This document shows positions 38,021 to 51,609 of a stretch of DNA of 64,000 nt, piece after piece. Both the position numbers and the translations under genes were made by a program. Source of the stretch: Felis catus (taxonomy: Eukaryota). Within the stretch, counting starts at the first letter, position 1, and the number at the start of each line of letters is the position of its first letter. Below the pieces are notes generated by a model. That model was not told the DNA's origin, made no database searches, and saw only the letters and a list, made by a program, of their open reading frames with translations. The stretch covers positions 95,668,001 to 95,732,000 of the forward strand of contig NC_058368.1 of NCBI RefSeq assembly GCF_018350175.1, in the 5' to 3' direction.

Positions 38021-38221
38021 AGGGACACTTGGGTGGCTCCGTTGGTTCAGTGTCCAACTCTTGGTTTCAGCTCAGGTCATGATCTCACGGTTTGGGAGTT
38101 CGAGCCCCACATTGGGTTCCACGCTGACAGTGTGGGGCCTGCTCGGGATTCTTTCTCCCTCAATCTCTCTCTGTCGCACCACCTCTCAAAAGAAATAAAT
38201 AAACATTAAAAACAAAAAAAA
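38021..38221 (+). mobile_element. CanSINE
   Basis: Head, GAGTTCGAGCCCC B-box-like motif, A tail. Confidence 0.93.
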
Positions 38222-39735
38222 GACAGTGGTGGTTCCAGGTTCTTTAAAGTTCTGAAGGCCATGTCTCTTCCACACAGATAGGGAAGCCTAGGTTGACATG
38301 GTGTAATTATAAAAAAAGTGAGACCTACCCCAGATCATCTTTTGGTCTCTATGTAGGCGGTTCAGTTTAGAGGTTACATTGTGGTGAATTGCATTCTTTT
38401 ACACAGACTGGGGATTCTGGCTCTGTGTCTCCACAAGAGCCCTGAGTAATAATTGGTACGTGAAGAAAGGGGAGACCCTATCAGGTAACTCTGGTTCCCT
38501 CACAAATTCCTGGGCCTCTTTCTCTGTCTCATAACTGATCCTGAAACCCCCCCCCCCCCCGCCTCAAATTCTTTCAAAATGACTAGATATGTTCTCTCCC
38601 CTTCCTTGTCCTTTGTCCATGTGACATTCAGGTTTTGACTAAACGCTGGTTTCCCACAAAAGATGTCAGCCCTCACTTCAGCTGCCATCTCTTGAGACTT
38701 CGGTCTTTGGCAGCCAGTGTAACGAGCTATGCGTGTATAATCAAACTTAATCCTTAAAATACGCTTAAGAGATGGCTGCTAGAGTTCTCATTTTTCCAGC
38801 TGAAAGGAAAACTCCCAATAGCTGTGCGTCATTCAGCTACTAGTAAGTGGCAAAGCTGGAATCGATGGAGATTGCTCTGATCCCAAAGTCTGTTGTGTTA
38901 CTTGCTGCCCTGGTGGACAGTGATCTTTATGGTATTTAAAGGAAGACGGTGGGTTAGGACTCATTGCAAAAACTGCTGTTTGGGGGTTATGTACTTTGCG
39001 AGTTCTTTCTTTCTCTTCATTTAGCAGGGGGAATACAGAACTTGGAATCTGCCGAGGCTCTCTCTGGTATCAGGAAATCTGGTGAATTTCAGATAACACG
39101 GATGCTCAGTGAATATAATCCACTTGGTGGAAAGCCAAACATGGCCAGAGGAGAAACTGCCCCAGTCGTCTGTTAAGATGCTTTGAGGCATTCGTGGGGG
39201 CAAATGTCAGATGTGTGTAACAGAACATGCCTGGACCCGGGGGCACAGACTTGAGGCTTTCATCGCCTTTCCCTAACATACTAGCTTTGCCATCTAGACA
39301 CAGGCCCTTTATCTTGCTCTCTTGTGGCTCTGGAAGGATACAATAGAAAATGAATACGAACATACTAGGTCAATGCTAAAGCATGCAACACATTAATGTC
39401 TTAGGAGCCTTGTTATCTCACGAGTACCTGAGCGTAAAATGTACTGGCTTCCGTCCTCAAGCACAGCAGTCCTCCATTCTGAAAACGGGAAATCCTGGGG
39501 GGAGAGATGAACATTCTCCTCTCACCTTCCTTCGCTCCTTATGATCAGCCTGCCCAGAATTCTGGTCAACTTCACATCGTGAATTCCAGTTCTCTCTCTC
39601 TCTCCACACCCTGTCCCTAATTCAGCTGGCTAGCTTACAACTGGAACCCTTTCCTCGCCTCCTAAGTCGTCCTCTTGCAGCCATTTGTTTTTCCCTCCAA
39701 TCTATTTTTTCTGACGGTAGCCAGAGGGCACAATT

Positions 39736-40001
39736 CTTTTCTTTTTTTCTTTTTTCACCTTTGTTATTTTTTTATTATTTGATTATTTCTTTTTTATTTT
39801 TTTTTAACCTTGATTTTTGAGAGACAAGAGACTGAGCTCCAGTGGCGGAGGGGCAGAGAGAGAGGGAGGCACAGAACCGAAGCAGGCTTCAGGCTCTGAG
39901 CTGTCAGCACAGAGCCGGACGCGGGGCTTGAACCCACGAGCCGCGAGATCACGACTAAGCTGAAGATGGACATTTAACCGACTGAGCCGCCCAGGCACCC
40001 C
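39736..40001 (-). mobile_element. CanSINE
   Basis: Full body ending CCAGGCACCCC. Confidence 0.93.
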
Positions 40002-40011
40002 TAAACTTTAT

Positions 40012-40200
40012 CATTTGTTTAATGTTTGTTTATTTTTGAGAGAGAGGGGAGAGGGAGGAACAGAGAGGGAGAGAATCCAAAGCAGGCTGTGCACTGATAG
40101 TAGAAAACCCGACGCAGGGCTCAAACTCACGAACTGTGAGATTATGACCCGGGCTGAAATCAACAGTTCGCTTAACCGACTGAGCCACCCACACTCCTCC
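40012..40200 (-). mobile_element. CanSINE
   Basis: Tandem with the previous copy; body ending GAGCCACCCA. Confidence 0.9.
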
Positions 40201-40209
40201 CAGAGGCAA

Positions 40210-40650
40210 AACTCAAAGCAAAACTGCTTGGCTCCTTCAAGGCTTTCTTATAGCTCTTGGGATATTTCAACTACACTGACCTCACCTGCAGGACCCTGTC
40301 CCCTGCCAGCCCTCTGCATCACCGCTGTCCCCTTGGTGCTTCCTTGTCCTCACACATGCCACGTTCCCTCTTAGCACCAGGCCTGTGGCCGTGAGGTCTT
40401 TGGGCCTGGCACGCCCTGCTTTTCCATCCTTGCTGGTTTATTCATTCCTTCTTGGGATCCCAGCTCAATGATTCCTCTCTGCCTTGTGGATGCCCTTTCT
40501 GACCTGCTTAAGTCTGATCTCTCTGCTTTGTTCTCTGAGGACTCCTGCTTTTCTTTTTTCTTTTTCTTTTCGCTTCTCAGCCCTGCATCAATAGGTGAGA
40601 TTTTTTGAATTGACACCTAATTTTGCCTGGAGGAAAGGAACTGTGGTGTC
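40210..40650 (+). mobile_element. L2 fragment
   Basis: GGCTCCTTCAAGGC..CACATGCCA..TTATTCATTCCTTC..CAGCTCAA..CCCTTTCTGACC, a CT-rich L2-like run. Confidence 0.55.
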
Positions 40651-40859
40651 TCTTGCTTACTTTGGTATGTGCTTGTAAAGCCTGATGCTTCTCAAATCAA
40701 TGTTTATTGTGTAACTGGATGTATGACTACGTTTAAGGGGTGCATGATCTCTCTCAATAGCTTTTTGTTGACGTCTGTTGACAAAAGAAAAACCCTGTGT
40801 ATGTAAATAAAAATTGAGGGCTTGAGTAATAAAAAATATTTTTTTAAAAATGACCGCAG

Positions 40860-41030
40860 GTAACATTTAGTAGGTACTGTGTCTCAGACACTGTGCCTAG
40901 CACTTTAGAAGCGTCTCGTTTCATTCTTAGGGTGAATTTCACGGGTAGGTACACTGTTACTGTCCCAGTTCGTTAATGAGGATGGGTTGATGACTTGATC
41001 AAGTACCCACAGCCGGCTGGAGGTGGGTCT
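40860..41030 (-). mobile_element. MIR
   Basis: TAACATTTAGTAGGTACTGTGTCTCAGACACTGTGCCTAGCACTTT..GGTAGGTAC..TGACTTGATCAAG. Confidence 0.7.
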
Positions 41031-41159
41031 TTATTGGAACGATATTGAAACATTCACAAAATTCACAGAAGATGAGAGAAGGAGGCTGGTAGCAAGATTG
41101 AGCGTTTCTATACAGCTGAAAAACACTGCCAGGGTCAGGTCCCAGGAAAGATTGTTTTA

Positions 41160-41367
41160 GCATTTATTTATTTTCGAGAGACAGAGAGAGGCAGAGCATG
41201 AGCAGGGGAGGGGGAGAGAAAGAGAGACACACAGAATCCGAAGCAGGCACCAGACTCTGAGCTGCTTGTTAGCCCAGAGCCCGACGCGGAGCTCGAACTC
41301 ACGAACTGCAAGACCATGACCTGAGCTGAAGTCGGACGCTCAACCGCCTGAGCCACCTAGGCGCCCC
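41160..41367 (-). mobile_element. CanSINE
   Basis: Full body; AAGATTGTTTTA / AAGACTGTTTTA flanks. Confidence 0.95.
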
Positions 41368-41911
41368 GTTAGGCAAGACTGTTTTAAGTGACACACGTGG
41401 CTTCGCTGCCCTCGGACGTCGTTCATCCCCATGGCTGACTTCTCCGCTCTGTTGCTTTTCCTGTGAACGATTTCTATATTTGCAGCAGGCTCTCTAGTCC
41501 TAAGTACTGATCAGGAGCTCCTCCTTGGTTGATTCCAGGCCACACGTCTGTGTCACAGCTGTCAGAGATAAATAGGGAGTCAAGACCCTGCCTCCTGCCA
41601 ACACTCCAGAAATGGGGGATCAATGCAAGTCAGAAGGGGGTTCTCAAAGGGGCAGTGAAACTTGTGCACGTCTAGTCCTTTGATGTGTCTGTCTCTTGAT
41701 TGTGTCACGTGCCTCCAGACACACGTCCTGTTGCGGTGCCGGTATGCGGCGGTCACGCTGCTGCTTTCCAGGGGCCATCAGAAAGCATGCTGTTGATAAC
41801 CCAAGCTGGAGGAATCAAGGACTGCCTTCGCGGCGCGTTGGAGGCTTTAAAATAAGACAGTGTACCAAAACACAGAGAAAGAAACCTTGAGAAAAAATTC
41901 TCAAGGCCCTT

Positions 41912-42118
41912 GGGCCCAGGGTGTCTTAAGAGGTTCCTGCATATTCTGGTCGTGATCTCACAGTTGATAATTTCGAGCCCCGCGTCGGTCTCTGTGCCGA
42001 CAGCTCAGCGCCTGGAGCCTGCTTCGGATTCTATGTCTCCCTCTTTCTCTCTCTGCTCCTCCCCCATTCGTGCTCGGTCTTTCTCTCTCAAAAATGAATA
42101 AGCATTAAAAAAAAAAAT
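41912..42118 (+). mobile_element. CanSINE (degenerate head)
   Basis: TTCGAGCCCCGCGTCGGTCTCTGTGCCGACAGCTCAG..GGAGCCTGCTTCGGATTC. Confidence 0.9.
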
Positions 42119-43456
42119 CATGCATCAACCAATTCAATCCCGGTAGGGAACAAAAATATTTCCCTATGACAAGGACTGCAGAGGAGACGGTGACCCTGGA
42201 GAAGCTTCTGTGTAAGTGTGTGAAAATTTGAAACGAAGCAAACAGGTTTAAAAACAGCTATCAGCGATCCTCAGAAATAGTGCCATACTTGGTGAATCCA
42301 GACAGTCTCATAAAGAAGATTCCCAAGTCGGAGATAAAATGAAGTGATTGCGAGCACAGGCTGCTTGTCCTTGTTCTCTCGTTTGGGGGAGATTGTGACT
42401 TACCCTTCCCACCCTACACACTTGGGATTGAGAAAATAACAACAGTAGAAATGGCTGCTAGGGGACACATGGTTCCCGTTGTATTAAAAATTTGCCTAAA
42501 TTCCTTGCTTCTCTTTGACAACCTTTTAAGGGAAAGACTTGAGTTCCACCGGGTGTGTGCATCAGGGAAATCTTGGCTTCCAGTCACCTTGGACTTATTT
42601 GAATATATCGTGTTCATTCTGACCCTTCAGTCATTCATGGTATGCCCATGGCACACAGTGTAGTGGCTGAGACGAAATTTGAAAAAGAATATTTTAGATC
42701 CGTAATTAGAATTAAGTAATAACCTTTATTTAACATTGATCTTAGTTTTCACTGCCACACTGAGATCCTGGTGCCACAGCTGTATCTAATGTAGAGGTGA
42801 GGAACTTGAGGAATAGTTTATGTGATTGGCTTTATGTACTTTATTGATGCAACTTGACCCAGGTACTAGGTGTTTACCATTCAGAGAGAATCTTAAAGGA
42901 AGATGGGTGCCATTTCTACCTGTCCAATGTCACATTGGTTTCGGAGTAACCTCTGGCTGAGGAAGCCAGAACCAGTGCTTAGGTTGAGCAGTGCAAGCAG
43001 CGGAGTGTGGGTGAAGGGATTCTCCACCAGGAATTAGGAGACACGGCCCTGGTCCCAGCCTTTGCACTCGCTACTGATGTGAACTTGAACAAATCCAGTG
43101 ACCACCCTGCTTCACAATTTTCTTACCTGGAAGGGAAGTAACACTGATAGGAGGGGGACCCACCGATTACAAAGCACCTGGAAGCTGAGGACAAAGATGA
43201 GAAACCTAGGAATGGTGTTAAAAAAAAAGGGATTGAGAAATTTGAAGGTGGAGAAGAGACAATGAAAGTGTATGTGGTGGGCATCCACAAATAATTGAAA
43301 GCAGAAAAGGGATGAAAAGGTTTGCACATCTCTTAAGAGGGAAAATTGTACCTGGTTGGTGGGAAAAGAGGAAAGAACAGATTCCAACTCCATAAAATAC
43401 TGTGGCAAATGATGAGGGCTGTTCAGATAGGAGATTGAGTGCCTCAAAATGCAGAC

Positions 43457-43748
43457 TTTTCCTTTCCTTTCCTTTCCTTTCCTTTCCTTTCCTTTCCTTT
43501 CCTTTCCTTTCCTTTCCTTTCCTTTCCTTTCCTTTCCTTTCCTTCTTTCTTTCTTTCTTTCTTTCAGAAAGAGAAAGAGTGAGTGTGAGTGGGAGAGGGC
43601 CAGAGAGAGAGGGAGACACAGAATCCCAAGCAGGCTCCAGGCTCTGAGCTGTCAGCACAGAGCCCGATGAGGGACACGAACCCACAAGCTGTGAGATTAT
43701 GACCTGTGCTGAAGTCGGACGCTTAACCGACTGAGCCACCCAGGCATC
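43457..43748 (-). mobile_element. CanSINE with (GAAAG)n tail
   Basis: (CCTTT)n then SINE body; TSD TCAAAATGCAGA / TCAAGTGCAGA. Confidence 0.95.
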
Positions 43749-43832
43749 TCAAGTGCAGAGTTTTTCTAAGCCTGGAAATGGTCTGGACCTGAAAGGATCA
43801 GTTCCTACAGTGGATAAAACTTTCCTGTAAAT

Positions 43833-44025
43833 CAGTGATTGTCAGCCAGGTTGATTTTGTCCCACAGGGGACATCGGGTAGTGCTTGGAAACACGCTTAG
43901 TTGTTCCAGCTCTGGAGTTGCTATGACATTTATGGGTGGACATCCTACATCGCAGCTTCCATGACAAAGAATTCCAAGAACTATCCAGCCCCAAATGCAA
44001 ATGGTATCTAGACTGACAGGCTCTG
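43833..44025. mobile_element. MER20 hAT-Charlie element
   Basis: CAGTGATTGTCAGCC..GATTTTGTCCCACAGGGGACAT..ACATCCTACA..AAGAACTATCCAGCCCCAAATG. Confidence 0.85.
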
Positions 44026-44286
44026 AATGAGAGCACCACTTACAGATGCTCCCAAAAAGTAGAGTCATTGCTTTTACATTTTTTAAAAGCTTTTTAAAGA
44101 TGGAAATTTTGACGTTCTACTTTACATCTAAGCAATTTAAAGAAGCTTCAAAGAACATAGATTTTTAAATTTGAGTTTGTCCTTTGTCTCTTGCTACCAG
44201 TTGTGTCCGTATCTAAGCTTGTTTGACACGACCTTTGGTTAAATCTTGACATCATTGGTTTGTGTTGTTTTAAGTGCAAGATTCTA

Positions 44287-44467
44287 GGGGCTCCTGGGTG
44301 GCTCGGTCAGGTAAGCATCTGAATCTTGGTTTCAGCTCAGGTTGTGATCTCACAGTTCGTGAGTTCTAGCCCTGTGTCGGGCTCTGCACTGACACATAGA
44401 GTTTGCTTGGGATTCTCTCTCCCTCTCCCCCTCTCACGCTTTTTCTCAAAATAAAAAAACTTAACAA
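44287..44467 (+). mobile_element. CanSINE
   Basis: GGGGCTCCTGGGTGGCTCGG head, A tail. Confidence 0.93.
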
Positions 44468-44541
44468 ATAAATGTAAATTTGAAGTCTGCTTGTTATTTC
44501 TATCATAAGTTTCCATTATGTTAGTTTTAAAATGTATTGCT

Positions 44542-44758
44542 GTGGTGCCTGGGTGGCTCAGTCAGCTGAGCGTCTGTCTTCGGCTCAGGTCATGATTTCG
44601 TGGTTCAGGGGTTTGAGCCCCGCGTCGGGCTCTGTGCTAACAGCTCGGATCCTGGAGCCTGCTTTGGGTTCTGTGTCTTCCTTTCTCTCTGCCCCTCCCC
44701 TGCTCTCTCTCTCTCTCAAAAAAAAAAATAAATAAAACATTAAAAAAAATACATAAAT
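44542..44758 (+). mobile_element. CanSINE
   Basis: TSD AAAATGTATTGC / AAAATGCATTGC. Confidence 0.95.
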
Positions 44759-45094
44759 AAAATGCATTGCCCAGCTGTTTCACAGACTGTTTACCTACCT
44801 ACCTACCTATCTACTTATTTTATGATCTATCTTCTTTTTCCTAGTGTCTCCATTTTACCGCACAGATGCTTCCCTCTGGAGCACTTGTTATCACAGGCAG
44901 TTGTCCATGTTCATTATGATGTGGTGGGTATTGTAGAGACGGTTCCAGGCTAGGAGTGAGAGGCTGGGTTCTGTGACTGGCTGGCATCACTCTGGGCCAG
45001 TTGTATCATCTTCGTGACCATTTATAGAATGACAACAGAGTCCATTTGTACTCCAGGCTCCTGACACTAGCATTTTACAGGCAGCGGGAAGGAA

Positions 45095-45275
45095 AACATG
45101 TATTGAACATTTACATCATGCAAAGCACTTTATGTGTTTAATCTCTTAATCCTCATAACAAACCTGAGAGATTGGTTGTATTGCGCCCATTTTTAATTAA
45201 TGAGGAAACATGCTCACGGGGATTTATGTGAGTTGCCCTGTAGCACACAGCTAACTAGTGCTGAGCTTTGATCTG
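45095..45275 (-). mobile_element. MIR
   Basis: AAGCACTTT..TTAATCCTCATAACAAACCTGAGAG..CCCATTTT..ATGAGGAAAC..CACACAGCTA. Confidence 0.85.
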
Positions 45276-48200
45276 AAGAAAAAGACAATTCCAGCATTAT
45301 CTCTTCTAGGAAATCATTCTTGATCCCGTGGTCTGACCTGAAGTCCCATCCTGGTGCTGTTTCTGCACAGAGCACGTCAAGTTGAAATTAACTGTATGTG
45401 GTCGGGTCGTCCTGGGCATGTCACTTCCCCAGGGTAGTGGCCACACATTTTTCTTCTTTATGTCCAACACGCAAAATACTATACTACTGTTATGTACAGA
45501 GTAGACATACTAATGTTTTTAACCAAACCAAACCCATAATACTGTTCTCCAAATTAATGTTGGCTGAGGCACACATGCTCTGTTCAGGAGGCCCTGGTGA
45601 TCCTGTTTGGCCAATCTCCAACATTTTCTGCTCTCAAGTTAATTGTCGTACCTCGGAAAATCCGTGTTGACGATCTAGCTGACGATCCCTCCCCTCTCCT
45701 AAATGAGCCTTTTCTGCACTCCCTGTTTGGATTCACTGCTTCATTTCAAATGTTGCTGTCAGATGTCTCTCCTTTATGTCACACCCTTGGGTTTTGTATC
45801 CTTAGAATGGACCAGCAACACCGCTCTTCCTGGGATGGGAAGGCAAACTCGGCTCACATTGGCCCCTGTTTGACCAAGTTTCATGTTTCTGCAGGATCTT
45901 TATCTCTGCCTCTATTGTTCCCTTTCCTTCCTAGCTTTCTCTTTATGCTTAAAAATGTTCTAGGGAAGAAGCAGAATGTGATTGATGTCTGCCTTCTCAG
46001 TTTAAGCAGAGTCGGGTCCCCTGGTTAACTGCAGAGGTTGTCTCTATGGGTCAAAGCCTCCGTTTCGTTTCTGTGCCTTTCTTCTCCATTTAGAGACAGG
46101 GATTTAACATAAAGAGAAAATGACCTTCAACCTCAAGAAGATGACCTAGCTCTTGCTGCACACACAGGCTGGGAGATCATATTACTGTTTTCCCGAGTTT
46201 CAGACAATAAAAGCACCATTCTGGGGATTACCTTTCGAGATGGTATTTTAAGCAGCAGTAACTGAACAAAACAAATCAAACCGATAGGCTTTTTATAAGA
46301 GGAAAATATAAAAGCCAGGGTATCTATAATCCAGCCACTGAAAGGGTCTTAATTCCCAAGACTGCTGCCTTTTGAGAAGACTTTTGCACCCCTTCTAGGT
46401 GGTGACAATGAACCTAATTAATTTTACAAACAAATGCTCAACCTTTGACCACAAACAAAACAACCTCATAGGTTCTTCTCTTTTACTGATGGGAATTTTA
46501 ATAAACAAGAACGAGGGATGTTTTCCCATAATAAAATGCATAATTCAAGAAGAAAATTCATATCCTCACACCCACATAGATAATAAATAATCACAGAGAA
46601 TCTGGAAAGATACTGACCTCAGGCAAACGAGAGTAGAGATTTTGACTCGACTCCCTGTGTTGATGTAATTTAGAAACAACTTGATTGATGACTGACTACG
46701 GCGAGATGGCCTTGTAAGCTGTTGTGTTCGCTGTTGCTAAAGGTATTCAAAAGAATTCCACGATACAGGAGGTGATGACACTAGAAAGGTGATAAATCTG
46801 TCAATCTCAGCCCAAGCTGAACCAGACCTGGAGGTCTACAGTTATTTTGATCTCGTGTTACAATTTCCCCTAGGGGTACACTGTCTCTCTTCCCGACTAA
46901 CCTTAGTAGAACCCCAGCTCTCTGACATCACAGGCAACCACATGACCATTTGGTGTGAGTGAAAATCTCCAAACTCAGCACCGCACATACTCAGAAAAAT
47001 GAGCTGTCTCTAAAAATGTTGATTCACCTTGAGTTATGATTGTTTCCGCTCATCTGAACATTTCGGAATACGCTTAAAATGATACTCTAGTTCCTTTAGA
47101 TACGTATTTATCATTCTTTTCACCCGAAGACATTTGTCCTTTTTGAGAACACTGTAAATATTTTATTGTTGAATTGCTAATTCCCATTTATGGTCTATAG
47201 TAATAATAACCCTTCCCAATAATAGAAAATGCTTCCTTCAAAGAAGAAGTCACCCCAACTACAACAAACACTTTTTTGTCACTAGTTCATTGTTCTTTCA
47301 GCAAGACCTTTGATGGTGTCTCTATGACTCATGATCTTTTTAATGAGTTGGTTGGTTGGTTGGTTTAGAAGATCCGGGAGTGCAATGCTGCCTTTATAGC
47401 AAATAGGGTGACTTTTGTTTTTAACTTAGAACAAAACACGGGGAATGACAGATTTATAAAAATTAGTTGAGAGGCAGGAAATAGACCTCAATGCTCATTT
47501 CTTTAGCCTTCAAGTTCAACTGATCAAAAATAAAAACCAGTGTGGTAAAGTGTAGGGACACAATTAAACATCTGACTGCCCTTGCAGACATGACACATCT
47601 TAAGCCCCTTTCCAGGTAGAAATCGGGTTAGGACTACCTCTCACCATGGACCTGAAACAGCCCTGGGAATGGAGCACTACCGAGCCTGATGATTCCAATC
47701 TGTGGCATCCTCAGTTCCATTTACCCAGAAGAACCCGTGTGCTACTGGTCTATTTGAGTTTGCACTGCACTATTGTTTTGAAATATTTGGCAACACAAGC
47801 ACAGGCCATATGTGAAGTAGAGAAATAATTTATTATTCAGTTTGTCAGTCTCTACATTTAGCGGGTTTATAGCATGTCGAAAATTCTGGCAACAGCCTCT
47901 TGTATAATTAGTTGCCTCATCCTTCAGAGCTAATGGGATGAGTTTGAGGCCAGAGTGAGATTGTTTATGGGAAATATTTCTTCCCCTGGTGCTCTGTAAG
48001 AATATGTCCCTCGAATCAGGGTAATTATGAGGGTAATTTTGGGCAGGTCTTTCCTGAAAGGGAAAATATTAGGAGCAATATGGAGGAACCAACCGGAACC
48101 TAATCAGTTTAGGATATTTTGAATGTCTCTCTCTCTCTCTCTCTCTCTTTGGTTGGGGAAAGGAATGTAGATGAAAAGCAAGTATGAGGATGAGAAGAAA

Positions 48201-50108
48201 AATGTAATTTTCATCTAATTTCTTTTAGAATTATGCAATAAGTTAATGCCACCAATATGATAATTAGGGACTTTACATAATTGAATTGAATGCTGACTTC
48301 CTTAATCCCATTTGGTAAGACTAACTCCTATTTTGGATGAGTGCCCTCACTTTGTCTCTCTCACATCAGACCCATCTCATTCCTAGAGACCATTGTTTGT
48401 AATAAAGCCTAAACAGTCTTGCGAAGTTGATTACTTAAACTCAGCCTTTTTCTTGAGTCTCTTTAGTGATTCCCCTTTGATAGTAAATATAATCAGAGCT
48501 TCAAAGGGTAGCCTAAGGAAGAGAGAAAATTATCTGGGAATATGTGCAGTATAAACTAGGGAAGCCACCAGACTTCAGTGAAGTTTGAGATAGAAAATAG
48601 AGGGCTCAAAATTGCTTCATCCTGTGCTTCATCCTCAACTAAACACCTGTCTGTCCTTAACGACATGAGATTATTTGCAAAAGCTATGGAGAAGCCCAAG
48701 TTACACGTTGTCGACTTTGCTTCCACCATGGAGCCAGCCTCTCTCCTAGTCTGGCTTTTCCCATCAGCACAGCAGCTCTCATAGCCTTCAATCCCCACCT
48801 GCCCAAGTGCCTCATGTTGGTGGCTGTTGATAAACCACCTCTGTCTTCCCTCTGTTGAGGAAAAACTCCACTCCACTTTCCTTCCTGACGAGCTCCTGGT
48901 TCCTCAAGGCATCCATCACCTCCAACTGCCTCTTGGCTCTGAGGGTCGCAGGAAGGAGTCCAGGGCCCCCGTCATCAGATCTGGGCTTTGCTGGCAAGCT
49001 CGGGTTCTCATACTGAAGTGGGTGGGTCGAAGCCTCAACTAACAACCCTACCAACAGTGCCTGGTTCTGGATGAAGTTTTTTCTGCTGCTCCCAACTATA
49101 GAATTGGTGGAGATCTATCTTTTGGGAACTTGAAGACTTTTTGTCTGTGGCCGTGTGTATATTTTTTGTTGCTGTATGTGTGCCTGTCCGTGGTTATGTG
49201 TGTACATGCATGCATGTGTGGGCACCAGAGACATGGACTTGCTCTTTCCTGATAACCTGTCATCGCAGGGGTTGTGTCCCTCAGCGTTACATCAGTTCTA
49301 TTTCTCTTGGGACTTAGGTTTGATGTCTTCGAAGATCCAGAGATAGTCCCAACCTTATTAACTCCTGCCTAGAGCGAGTGTAGTTCATACATGAGAATGT
49401 TCCCGATGCATAGGCTTCTGCATTGTAGCCACCAGTCTACACCCCACTCATTTTGTGTTTTCCTATAGACCAATGCTATGAAAAGTGTGGTCTGTGGACA
49501 GAGATTATTATTTAATAATGAGATGATGAGCCTACACCAGGATCTAAACCAGTCCACTGCTTCCTTCACTGACACACTTAGGCTGTGGAAAAAATAGCAG
49601 CTGAACAAAATGCTCAGAAATAGTGTTGACTTATATTCTGACACAAGCTCCTTAATATCACGAACTGGCAACACATGGTTCCAGGTATAGAACTTGGGGT
49701 AACACTGCTGTTGGAGAGCATTCTCGTAGCTTAACTATCCTTTATCTTTCACAGGAGGCTGGGCCAGCACTGAGAGTTCACCTCCCCCCCTTACTTAGCT
49801 TTTCTTGTCCACACAGTATAACTTTTCAGCTCTACAGGCATGTAGAAATGTTAGCCAGGACATTGACTCTTAGCTTTTGGAGTGCTTCGTGAATTTCTCA
49901 TTAGATCTGCCAGCAGCAGCCACCGTCTTGTGAATTGGAAACGTTAATTTTAATGTTTTAATACCATTAAATCAAAAGACAAAGATGTGTAGACGGTGGA
50001 ATAATAAGTTACATTAATCAATTTCTATGCTCCCTTTTTCTTATCCCCAAAATATTACCAAGTCATTACTTAGTTGTGAGTAACTTAAGACCCAGTATGG
50101 ATCTCTAA

Positions 50109-50332
50109 TCTTTTTTTTTAAGTTTATTTATTTTTGAGAGAAATGGAGAGAGAGAGCGAGCGAGCACAGGAGCAAGGGAGGGGCAGAGTGAGAGGGAGAG
50201 ATAGAGAATCTCAAGCAGGCTCCACGATCAACGTGGAGCCTGGTGCGGGGCTTGATCCCATGACTGTGAGATCATGACCTGAGCTGAAATCAAGAGTTGG
50301 ATGCTTAACTGACTGAGCCACCCGGGTGGCCT
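50109..50332 (-). mobile_element. CanSINE
   Basis: Full body; GGATCTCT on both flanks. Confidence 0.95.
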
Positions 50333-51609
50333 AAGGATCTCTCACCTTAATTTGAGTTTATAAAGTACTGGCATATAGGATACTATTTTTGTGAGCATGT
50401 CATGATTAAAAAAAAAAAAATCAGAGTGAGGATTGCCTCAAGGTTAAGATGAATCTACCTAACATCTAATGTAATTAAAGGGAAAACAGACTTTGCAGAC
50501 TGTGACTGTATTAAATATAAACTAGAAAGTGAATATATATTTATGATGCTTGGAAATCTCTATATCTGCTCTGTCTCCAAAACCTTGCCATCTTGCTTTT
50601 TGTAACAAGATGATAATACAACTAAAATGTATACATGTCCAGGCCAGCATTCAGCTACATAAAAATTCATTATTCTGAGCTAAAATAAATAAAAATGCAA
50701 AGAGAATTATTCTCCAGTTTATTTCTCTATAAAGTATGAAAGCCGGGTAATGTATTAAGCATGAAAACCCATTACCATGGGTTGTTATTAAATTTATCAT
50801 TTTTAAGTGAGTCCGTCCCTTTGTACTCTGAAGTCAGATCAGTGAGTCTGCATTTTGATTTGCATCATTGTTTGGAAGAGATTTGAAATAGGATTTATCA
50901 TCTGCTTGTGTTTTCCGCTCAATCTCCCTGTTTGTTCATTGCATAAGCCACTTAACAGCACCATCCGAATAAGATCCTTGAGACTCATTCGAGTTGCTGG
51001 CGGACGTCGCTTTGTATAACACTCACACAATGGGAGTTGTGAACTGGAAACACCATGTCATGTCTCTCTGACTTCAGGTGGATGGAAATGACCCACTTTC
51101 CTGCACACCGACCTAGCACAGGGTGTCTCATGCGGGTTCTATGGATGCTTGTGGCTGGAGAAAAGGCCACAGGGCTTCATAGTTTAGCTTCAAGGCAAAA
51201 AACTTCCTTGTTCCCTATAATCATTCTACCCCGCTCGCCCCCCACTCCCCAGACTTTACCACTGTCAGGAACCTTGAAGTTTTTCAAAGCAGACTCTTGA
51301 AATGTTCATTCAAACTAAGAAGAATACACAATACAAGAATTGGCTTCCCGAAGGTACCCTCGTGGTCAGACATATCTCCTGTAGATTTACAGCTCCCGTG
51401 TCATTTTTTTCTCTCCAAATACTCCTTCCCTGCCTAACCTGTTGCCCACCCACTAACGTCTTTGTCCACCTCTACTTCTCTTGCTACTTCCTTCAAAGCA
51501 GTTATTAGAGTGGTTGTTTTTCTTTATTGACTTGCTTATTGTTTGTCTCTTTCTGAATAACGTAAACTCCATGAAGGCAGTGAACATGTGGTTTTTAAAT
51601 TCATTAATT

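Noticed and set aside
43218..43739. Longest ORF (173 aa)
   Set aside because: SINE body plus (GAAAG)n read-through, without an ATG start.
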